From Selaginella moellendorffii (Eukaryota; Plantae; Lycopodiophyta): a stretch of DNA of 64,000 nt. Positions 1-12,093 of the stretch are shown here, one piece after another. The stretch is from assembly GCF_000143415.4 (NCBI RefSeq), contig NW_003314334.1:637614-701613 (forward strand). Reading direction: 5' to 3'. The position numbers and the translations under genes are program-made. Positions within the stretch are counted from its first letter, which is position 1, and each line of letters begins with the position of its first letter. Under the pieces are notes generated by a model. The model saw only the letters and a list, made by a program, of their open reading frames with translations. It was not told the origin of the DNA and searched no databases.

Positions 1-1
1 T

Positions 2-3000
2 TCCGCCAAGCTCGAGCTGCCGGCGATCGATGACGATTCCGAGGAAGGGAGCGCTGACACGGCGTCCTCCGCCGATGCCGATCGTCCAATGCCTACTGCG
101 GAGGAGCTCTCCCAGTTCGCGATCGAGAAGCTGTTTGCGTCACCGCTCTTCGCTTCTTCGGTTAGTTCTCCTCTCCTCTCTTGAAATTTCAACCCTATTG
201 CGATCGATGGATAGATCTGCATTGATTCCAGGATGAGAAGGCTGCGAATTTGGAAGAGCCTCAGAGTCAAGCAGCTGATCTCAATGCCACGGCTGGAGAT
301 CTCACATTTGGCGAGGATTTCGAGAGGTATCCTTGTGGAAATCTTCGATCCTGGGATTGTTCTTCTTATGGTATGAATTGCAGTGAGGATATTTCGCTAG
401 AGGGTTTGCAAGAGGAGCTAGAGAGCTACCAAGGCCGAGAGGTATGCCAAGAACAAAACCACGCATTACTGTGATTTATGTCTATGTTCTTATAGATGGT
501 CGTCAACATACTAGGAAAAGGAAGCGAACTACGAGCTTATGCTCGCGATGTGGAGGAAAAGCTTCGTCAAGTGGAGCTCGAGTCTATACAGGTACTTCTT
601 TCATCTAGTTTCTCGTGCTCTCTTTTTCATGATTTTTTGCTTTCACAGGACTACATCAAAGAGAGTGATAACCTGATGTCTCTCCACGCTCAAATACGGG
701 AGTGTGACTCCATTTTGACACACATGGAATCGCTTCTTGGAGGTTTTCAGGTACTTGACTGTTACAGTACACTCTGGAGACATGATTTCGCATTCTTTAG
801 GAGGACCTCGGATCCATCAGCTCCGAAATAAGGAGTCTCCAGGAGCAATCTATGACTATGGGACTTAAGCTACGAAACAGAAAGGTTGGTTTTCCTCTGC
901 ATTCTAAGTGCTTTGTCTGAAGTACCATATACAGGTTGCAGAAGTTAAGCTGGCTAGGTTCTTGGAAGAGATTGTTCTTCCTCCAAACATGATTGATGCT
1001 ATTGTGGATGGAGAGGTATTTTGTTTTTATAAGCGAGCTATGATAATTTTTTTGTTTCTTATTTCTTTCTCCTTGGTGGTTTTTATTTTGGCAGGTCAAT
1101 GAAGAGTTTGTGCGGAATCTTCAGATTTTAAGCAGAAAGCTCCAGTTTATCGCCGAGGATCCTGGAGCTAAGGGCTCTGCCGCTCTGCGAGATGTTGAAC
1201 CTGAATTTGAAAAGCTACGTTTAAGATCCGTAGCGAAGGTACCTAAACATGCATTTTTGTTTCTCTAAAAGCTGATATTTCGTTTGTTTCAAGGGTCGTG
1301 ATTACATTATCCAGAGGATATATGCCTTACGAAAGCCGAAGACGAACATTCAAATCTTGCAGCAAAACGTTCTTCTCAAATACAAGTATGTAGTTTATTT
1401 TCTCTGTCTTAGCTCGTTTAACTTGAATTGATACGTGTTTTACAAAACTCTCATACTCAGGGGCATTACAGATATCTGGCTACTTTTTTACGTGATCATG
1501 GAAAGGAGGCTTATCAAGAAATTCGGGCGGCATACATAGACACGATGAACAAGGTTGTAGCTAACTTTGAATTCCTATTTGTTCACGTTCCTGTCCTGCA
1601 GGTGTTGAGTGCGCATTTCAAAACGTACATTCAGTCTCTAGAAAAGCTGCAGCTAGACATCGCTACGAGGAACGATTTAATCGGTGTTGAAGAGCGGGCT
1701 GGTATGTTTTCCCGCGGTCGTGAAAACATGAAAAACAAATCGGCTGTCTTCGCGCTTGGGGACCGTGCTAACGTGCTTAAGGTCTGTAAGTCAAGACTTT
1801 CTGTGGAAGGCCTAAACTTTCGCTTTTTTATGTAGGAAATTGATCAACCGGCAATCATTCCCCACATTGCAGAAGCCAGTGGTTCCAAATTTCCATATGA
1901 AGTTCTTTTTCGCAGCCTTCACAAGCTTCTCATGGACACGGCGACATCAGAGTAAAAGTTTTATTTCAAGTCTCATTTATAATATATTTACTGCAGATAT
2001 CTGTTCTGCTGCAACTTCTTTGGGGAGGATGCTATCTTTTCTGAAATTTTCACTGGTTTGTAAATTGTCATTTCAAAAGCCGTTTTTGATAATGACGTTG
2101 TATGTTTTGCAGGGCCATTCTCCGTTATTGAGGATCATATGAATGCGGTTCTAATCAATTGCTATGATGCTATTGGGCTAAAATTGATGATACGAATAAC
2201 ATACCAGCATCAGGTAAGTTTTTTAAATAAAAGATACACTGATCACCTTGACTTTGCAGCTGATAATGTCCCGGAGACGAGTACCATGTCTAGATGCCTA
2301 TTTTGATAAGGTTCGCTGCCCTGTTCTTTTTAGTCCTTTTGTAACAAACTTGTAAACAGTTGAATATCCTCATCTGGCCACGGTTCAAGGCAGTTTTTGA
2401 TATGCATTTAGTGAGCCTTCGGACCGCAAACGTGAGGACACTGTGGGAGGATGACGTGCATTCTCACTATGTCATGCGGAGGTACGCAGAATTCACCGCA
2501 TCACTCCTCCAGATCAACACTGAACATGGGGATACCCAGGTTGAAATTTAATGCATTCTTGGGCCTCTTAACTCTTGCGGCGTTCTAAACAGCTGGAGCT
2601 GAACCTGGAACGCTTGAGAGTTGCCATCGATGACTTGCTCGTGAAACTGGCTCGTGTTTTCAAGAAACAAAAGCAGCAAACCGTGTTCCTCATTAATAAC
2701 TACGACATGGTTTTGGCAGTGTTAAGGGTGAGTTTTTTTTAAAAAAATTGCACAAGAATAATCGTCGTCATCTCTAGGAAGTGGGTGTTGATGGTGGCAA
2801 AACGCAGCAACAGTTTGAGGAGCTGCTCAAGAGCAGCACGACCGTTTTTGTGGTAAGTTCCTCGTTTTCATGAATCCTACGCACTGATCGCGTGAGACAC
2901 TCCGCAGGAAGATTTACTTCGGGAGCATTTCCAAGCCTTGATATCGTTCGTCAAAACGCGTGGTGGTAAGATCACTATTAGTTTTTCTCAGTAACTTTAC

Positions 3001-3332
3001 CCAGTGCATTTCCAGTTCTTGGCGAGGAATCGAGTTCCAGCACACCGCCGCAATCTCCAGTGACCGTCCAGGAAGTGGAGCCCCTCGTCAAGGATTTCGG
3101 CGAGCGGTGGAAGGCCGCGATCGAGCTCATGCACAAGGATCTCATCACCTCCTTCAGCAACTTGGTGTGCGGCATGGAAATCCTCCGCGCCGCTCTCACG
3201 CAGCTCCTCCTATACTACACCCGCCTCTCGGATTGCATCAAACGCATCGATGGCGCCGAAGCGCTGAGCAAGGATCTCGTGTCGGTCGCGTCGATCATGC
3301 ACGAGATCAAGAAATACTCTCGGACGTTTTAG
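2..3332 (+). CDS. VPS52: Vacuolar protein sorting 52 (GARP subunit, POK-like); many short introns; 5' end may lie upstream of the window
   Basis: Spliced peptides EDISLEGLQEELE, VEEKLRQVELESIQDYIKESDNL, LRKPKTNIQILQQNVLLKYK, FLINNYD and EILRAALTQLLLYYTRL; ends HEIKKYSRTF* at 3332. Frame is open from base 2 to a GT donor at 161. Confidence 0.95.
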
Positions 3333-3362
3333 TCAAGTAAAAGCTGAGTTTTTTACCGTTGT

Positions 3363-3528
3363 TTGACTTTTCCATCTTATCTAAGGGTAAAAACGTCAGT
3401 GAAACTTCTGACCTTTAGTTTCCATGTAGCTACCAGAGGAAGGTTCTAAGGGACGTTGACCGGTGGATGCCTTGACTGTTGACCAACCGAGCACGAGAGG
3501 GAAGCTCGTTAGGTGGAAGATGTTGACT
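3363..3528 (+). promoter_or_regulatory. W-box and AC-element cluster upstream of the reductase gene
   Basis: TTGACY at 3363, 3456, 3472, 3479 and 3523; ACCAACC at 3482; GTTAGGT (ACCTAAC on the minus strand) at ~3508; TATA-like TTTATAT at ~3614. Confidence 0.55.
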
Positions 3529-3714
3529 GTTCTACTTACATGTTCACCGGTTCATCCCCCTTGGACCTGGTAAAAATTCCACTTCTTTTACCATCGAGCG
3601 CCAGGGCCAGGGCTTTATATGTTTGCGTCATCGCGTAGCCTAGAGAGATAGTTTGGCTGTTCGATCGGTCGATTCGATTGATTCCTCGTCCATCGCGAGA
3701 ATTTCCTGCTAGCT

Positions 3715-4924
3715 ATGGCGGAGAAGATCTTGATCCTTGGCGCCACGGGCTACATTGGCAAGTACATCACCAAAGCAAGCATCGCGCTCGGCTACCCTAC
3801 CTTCGTCTTCGTGCGCTCCTCCTCCAGCCAGGACAAGGCCAAGGCGGAGTTCCTCGACTCGATCAAGGCGTCCGGCGCCACGATCTTGCATGTAAGATAG
3901 AAAATCCTCGAAATTTCGCCCCGATTTTGATGGCGTTCCTTTGGAATCCAGGGGTCTCTCGAGGATTACGCCAGTCTCCTAGCCGCGATCAAGCAGGTCG
4001 ACATTGTCATCTCGGCTGTCGGCCCCGCACAGATCCACGACCAGTACAAAGTCATTGAAGCGATCAAGGAGGCTGGAACAGTAAAGGTAATTGATCTCCT
4101 TTCCTTTCTTTTCCCCTTTGTGGCTCGATGATCTTGGTTTTTTTTTTTTCCCTTTTTGCTATTCCCATAAATTGATCGGTTTTTTTCTTTGCTCAGAGAT
4201 TTCTTCCCTCGGAATTTGGAAACAATCCGGCCGTGGCCAAGAAAATCCACCCGGCTCTACAGGGTATGTTTGGTCTCAAGCTCCAGCTCCGGAAAACCAT
4301 TGAAGAGGCCGGGATCCCTCACACATACGTTTCAACCAACTCTTTCGCCGGCTACTTCTTGGCAAACTTGGCTCAGCCCGGACAGTTCTCGCCGCCACGA
4401 GACAAAGTTACCATCTGGGGAGATGGAAACACCAAATGTATGTATACATGATCATGGATCTCTCTCATAGTTCTTGATCGATCGAAAACTTTTGGCAGTG
4501 GTCATCGTCGAGGAAGGAGATATTGGAACTTACACTATCAAGTCCGCGGTGGATCCCAGAACACTCAACCAGGTGGTTTACTTCCGTCCTCCGGCCAACA
4601 TCGTGTCCCAGAACGAGATTGTGGAGCTCTGGGAGAAGAAGATCGGCAAGACCCTGGAGAAGTCTTACGTGCCAGAGGAAGCTATCTTGAAGACCATAGA
4701 AGGTAAAGTCATGTCTCTTCCTTTCTGGAGGTCCGAGCGAGTTTACCAAAATCTTTTTTCTCTTTTCAGAAACTCCATTCCCCAATAACCTTTTCTCAGC
4801 GATCACTCACTGCATTTTCGTCCAAGGCGATCAATACGGATTCGATGTCGAGTACGACACGGCGAAACTCTACCCGGATGTGAAATACACCACAGTGGAC
4901 GAGTACTTGTCTCGTCTAGTGTAA
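3715..4924 (+). CDS. NmrA-like PIP-family reductase (isoflavone reductase / PCBER / pinoresinol-lariciresinol reductase-like), 5 exons
   Basis: KILILGATGYIG NADPH motif, KRFLPSEFG, IEEAGIPHTYVS and DPRTLNQ; ends LYPDVKYTTVDEYLSRLV* (TAA 4922-4924). Confidence 0.93.
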
Positions 4925-5097
4925 GAAACAAAAGAAAAAACTGTACGTGGTATTTCTTTCATTCCATCTTTTTTTTCATGGAATACATAATTATCATAAT
5001 ACTTATTCTTTCTACTGAGTTCTAAACTTCGCGTGATCGATGAAACGTTGGTAAGCTCTTTTTCTACACGAAAATCTAACGCGTTCTTCTGGTAATG

Positions 5098-7263
5098 CTA
5101 TCGTCGACACTGGTAGCACTTATCAAAGAAACCATAGGTGTGGATGTCTCGGATAAATTGACTCATGGTTGCCCAAGCTCCAACACAAAAGCCGATGATA
5201 AAAATCCACACCATGATCAGAGCATTTATGAGGAACAAAAACTTCCAAATCGGGTAGTGCAAAGAGAGCTTGACGACAGACACCTGAAAGAATAGAACAG
5301 CTTAAAATCATCCGAGAAAGAGGCACTTTTTTTTCTTTCTCACCTTTTGGGCTTCTTTGTCTCTGTAAGCCAGATAGAACGCGAGAAGTGGTATGAAGTA
5401 GACACTGATGGAAACGAGCAAAGATCCAAACACGGCAGCTATCGTCCCAAAGAAAGGCATCGCCATCGCCACGAACCACACGAGAAGAACTACTGGCAAT
5501 CTCGCCAAAACTTTGTAGGCGAATCGACGCGTATGGACGCGAAACATCTTCTCCGCGACGAGGAACACAGGGTACATATAGATGATGAAGGCAATGCTCT
5601 AGAAAGAAAGGAAAGACCGAGCAAACGTTTCGCGTAAAACTTGGAAACCTGTGGAGGAAATCGAAAAAAAAAGCTGGCTTACTTGATGTACAAACATGGA
5701 GAAGATTGCAAATCTCTTCCAGTGCGAAGGTGGCAGCACGGCGAAAGCGTTTGATTCTTCCAAGAGATCGTCGCCGTAAGCCCAGTAGACCGAGGTGGAG
5801 CTCGCGATCGAGAGAACGAGGATGTAAAGAACTGCTAGCGGGTAGACAAATCCAAACTTCTCCGGCGAATGCATGGCTTCCAAAATCTCTCTGGAAGATC
5901 AAGTAAGTTTCTATATAAAGAAGAACAAACTCTAGAATTGCGAGAACTCACATAGTTATACCATGTCCTCCAAACGCAAACAAGATGGTTGTGGCACCCG
6001 TGAAGAACTCTCTCATGTTTCCAGCTCCGCGGTGAGTGATTCCAAACTCCTGGAAAGAAAAAAGAGTTCTTTTGAGCTTGAGAATTGGAATTTGACCGAG
6101 AACCTGGCCGTTTGTTCGAGCAGCCACCGCGAGATAGACTGCTGTGATCGTAGTCGTGAGGACACCAATGAAAGCAGCAAATCGAAAGTGGCTAAAACCG
6201 GGCATGAAAACGCTCAAAAGTGAGAGAATTCCAACCAAGATTTGCCACTCGCGTTTGTGCACGTTGGAGTTGAGGTAATGCAAGTTGCTGCAAGAGATCA
6301 ATCGTAAGTTTCATCGAGAACTCTTTCAAAGATTTAATTCATAAAAAAAAAGGATTTTTTTTTAGATAAAAACCTTACCTTGCGGAGGAGATGAGCTGAA
6401 CAACACCAGCCATTGCGAGAGCCAAAATGTTAAACACGAGTGTCAAATTTCCCAAGTATCTCCCGGTTAAACCGTAAATAACTTCATGGTACTGGTAAAA
6501 TGAAGATCAAAGCTAAGTTAGTAAAGAAAACATTAAAATAAATAAATAAAAAACACAAAGCCAAATTTGTGAAAGAGTGCGAATAATATTTGCAGAAAGG
6601 AGAAAGATTTGAGACTAAGCTTTTTAATCATGGATAGTAATAATTTACCTGAAGGATGTGGCCCATTTGAAGATCATCCCTGGCCTCTCTTTGATTTCTT
6701 ATTCTATACTCAAGATAGAGCCAAACCAGCAAGAAGACTGCCCAAGAACCAAAGGCTGCGTAGAGGATGAGGAAGAACACACCCCATCCATATCCCATGA
6801 AAGCCAGAGTTTGAGGCAAGAGCGTGATTGCTTGTCCAATCTGGAACCAAAAAAGGGATCAATCCAACAAAAAATTGCAGTGAAACGATCCAAAGATCTT
6901 AATGGGGGAAGAAGGAAAGCAAAGATGGAAATTCCAGTGAGAAGAAAGAAAGATCACACAAGATGGAGCAAACCAAAGAGATCCAATTCAATCCAAACAC
7001 CAAGATCAATCAATGAATCAATGAGAATTTTCCAGTACCTGGGCAGCGGCAGCGATCAAGAAGGCATCGAAGGAGCTGGAGCTCCGCCATAGCAAATTCG
7101 CGGATGGAGAGGCCGTCCATTGCTTGAACTTGTGCACGATATAGCCCCGCTTGGTCTGGATCCACGCGCGCTGGCCGTCATAGCGATATGGATCGTCGCC
7201 AAACTCGTGGCCGTGGTGGCCCTGGGCATGGCGCCGGCTATCCGGCTCATAGATGTCCACCAT
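5098..7263 (-). CDS. Divergent AUX1/LAX-like auxin influx carrier (AAAP family)
   Basis: LLWRSSSSFDAFLIAAAAQ, LVWLYLEYR, FTGATTILFAFGGHGIT, EAMHSPEKF, YWAYGDDLL and LARLPVV; C-terminus FIRDIHTYGFFDKCYQC matches the AUX/LAX-type ending. Confidence 0.85.
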
Positions 7264-7718
7264 AGCTCACACTCTCCTGTTCTTAGCAATCGCGAGAGAG
7301 AAACACGCACGGCGGCGCTGGAATTCCAATCACGCCAGAGGGGAGATGCGCCGCGAGCGCCCAATAGAGAAATCTGGAAGAATTGGGATGGGATCTACGA
7401 GCGGCGAGAAAGAAAAACTTTGCGCGGTGACAGCGATGGATCTGTGCTGCGCTGGTGGCGTGGAAATGCGGCCCACACTCCAAGGCTACTCGAATTTCCG
7501 TGTGAGACGAGGGATCAACACATGGCGAGATTACTACAGAGCCCCAAATTTTGGATCGATTCGGATAAACCCTAAAAACAGAGGATTCCTCCACTATCTC
7601 CAATCAAATGAATCATCTTGCCCAACATTAAAATTTTTGCCACAATCGAAGAACCCTAATATCGGGGTTTTGATTTTAGGGCTACATTTTACTAGCACTG
7701 GTTGCACAGAGCTCCCCA

Positions 7719-10074
<2,356 letters not shown>

Positions 10075-10215
10075 ATCGAGAAGAAGAAAAGAAAGACGGT
10101 ACTTTGCAAGGTTTTGTTGTGTGAAGCAAGAACATCTACCAGGTACTCCAAAGTTTTGTGTGAAATAAAATGGAAGAACTATCACCAAGTTTAGAGCTTG
10201 TGTATAAACTTTTAG

Positions 10216-12069
10216 ATGAATGATCGAAACTCTAGCCTCCGTCTCGTGGAATCGTGCAGGGTATTGTCTCGCGCGAGAGAAATCCATGCCGCGATCCGGC
10301 CCACGCTCCAAAGGAGCGATGTTTTCATGCACAACAAGCTCATTGAGATGTATGGGAAATGCGGGAGCGTGGAAGACGCGAGAGAAGTTTTCGATAGCAT
10401 CGACCACAAGGATAACTTCTCGTGGGATTTTATGTTGTGCGCGCTCACTCGAAATGCCCAAGTTGACGAAGCGGAGGAATTCTTCGATCGAATCCAGGAG
10501 ATATCTCTCGTCACGCAAAATATCATGCTATCGGCCTATGCCCAAAACCAAGACGTGATCAAAGCCCAAAAACTCTTTCATAGCATGACAAAGCGAGACA
10601 TGGTTTCGTGGAATACTCTCTTGTTAACATTTGCCCAGAATGGGTACTTGGAGTTGGCGGAGATTTCTTTCGCGCGAATGCCAGTGGTGGACCTTGTATC
10701 TTGGACGACGATGCTAGACTGCTATGCCAATTCTGGAAATCTCGCATCTGCGACGTCCATCTTCCAGCAAATTCCGGAAAGGAACTTGATAACCTGGACG
10801 GCCATGATCGATGCTTATGCCCAAAACGGGAATCTGGAGGACGCAAAGAATCTCTTCGACGCTATGCCGCTGTGGAACTTGATTGCCTGGACGGCTCTTT
10901 TGACGGCATTCTTACAAGGGAAGAATCTTAGCAAAGCCAAGGAAATATTCGATTTTATGCCGGAGCATAGCTTAGTGTCGTGGACGGCAATGCTGGCAGC
11001 ATATGCCAAAACCGGGCTTTTATCATTGGCAAAGGCATTGTTTGCGAATATGCCACAGAGAAACGTTGTGTCGTGGAGTGCCATGCTGGCAGCTTACGTG
11101 GACGCCAGCGCATTTTTAGAGGCAAAGCGAACGTTTCAGAATATGCCACAGCACAATGTGGTGGCTTGCACTGCCATGCTGGACGCATATGCCCAGTCAG
11201 GGCATCTGGAAGAAGCGGAAGCCATGTTCGAGAATGTTCCACAGCGGAATCTCTTTACATGGAACGCTATGTTGTCGGCATATGCTCGCAATGGGCAATT
11301 GGAGCACACCAAAATGATTCTCGAGACAATGCCAGAGCACAATGTGGTATCGTGGAACACTCTTGTTGGCGAATATGCCCAAGCCGGGTATATTCTTCTA
11401 GCTGAGCAAGTCTTTGATTTCATGCCAGAGAAGAATCTTGTGACGTGGAATTCTTTGCTGGCCGGATATGCCCAGTCCGGCGAGCTCCGTCGAGCCGTCC
11501 AAATTTTCTTTCAAATGCCATGGCGAGATTTAATCTCTTGGAACTCTCTTCTCTCTTCATATGCCCAAAAGGGGCATTTGCGCCAGGCTAGGGTTTTGTT
11601 TGATCGAATGCCAGAGCGCGACATTGTCTCCTGGGGCGCGCTCCTCGCCGGCTACGCGCACGGCGGCCACTCCAGCGCTGTGTTTGATCTCTTCGACGCC
11701 GCAAGAACGATCGATGCCGTGGATCCGGGCTGTTTCCTCTGCTATTTGATCGCGAGCAGTCACTCGGGCATGACGAGCGCCGGGAAGGCGTGCTTCGCGA
11801 GCATGAGCGTGGATTATGGGATGAGGGCGACGAAGCAGCACTACTCGTGCCTGATCGATCTTCTCAGCCGTGGCGGCGCCGCTGAGGAGATCGAGGAGAT
11901 GATCCGGAGCATGCCCTTTGAGCCAGATTCCTTCGATTGGATGTGCTTGCTGCGATCGTATTCCAGCTCAAAGAATGTGGATCATCGCGGCGCTGGGGCT
12001 CTCGATTCCTGCCAGGGGGAGGGAGCGGCGTATGTCCACATCGCGAATTATAGGGTTCTCGGGATTTAG
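10216..12069 (+). CDS. Intronless PLS-class PPR protein with a long tandem run of 31-aa S-type repeats and a degenerate E domain; no DYW domain
   Basis: 617-aa ORF: NKLIEMYGKCGSVEDAREVFD, about 14 repeats of the type MPERNLVSWTAMLAAYAQNG, then YLIASSHSG, HYSCLIDLLSRGG, MPFEPDSFDW and AAYVHIANY. Confidence 0.93.
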   Translation: MNDRNSSLRLVESCRVLSRAREIHAAIRPTLQRSDVFMHNKLIEMYGKCGSVEDAREVFDSIDHKDNFSWDFMLCALTRNAQVDEAEEFFDRIQEISLVTQNIMLSAYAQNQDVIKAQKLFHSMTKRDMVSWNTLLLTFAQNGYLELAEISFARMPVVDLVSWTTMLDCYANSGNLASATSIFQQIPERNLITWTAMIDAYAQNGNLEDAKNLFDAMPLWNLIAWTALLTAFLQGKNLSKAKEIFDFMPEHSLVSWTAMLAAYAKTGLLSLAKALFANMPQRNVVSWSAMLAAYVDASAFLEAKRTFQNMPQHNVVACTAMLDAYAQSGHLEEAEAMFENVPQRNLFTWNAMLSAYARNGQLEHTKMILETMPEHNVVSWNTLVGEYAQAGYILLAEQVFDFMPEKNLVTWNSLLAGYAQSGELRRAVQIFFQMPWRDLISWNSLLSSYAQKGHLRQARVLFDRMPERDIVSWGALLAGYAHGGHSSAVFDLFDAARTIDAVDPGCFLCYLIASSHSGMTSAGKACFASMSVDYGMRATKQHYSCLIDLLSRGGAAEEIEEMIRSMPFEPDSFDWMCLLRSYSSSKNVDHRGAGALDSCQGEGAAYVHIANYRVLGI

Positions 12070-12093
12070 GGTTTTAGAGAAGAGGAGGGAAGA

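Noticed and set aside
5123-5902. 259-aa ORF and other long alternate-frame or antisense ORFs (e.g. 7253-7888, 11968-12480, 21700-22344, 29537-30214, 38615-39136)
   Set aside because: They overlap well-supported spliced genes and have no recognisable motifs, so they are shadow ORFs.
10500-11660. 93-bp periodicity that could look like a CRISPR array or satellite
   Set aside because: It is explained by 31-aa PPR repeats within one ORF; the context is eukaryotic and there is no repeat-spacer structure.
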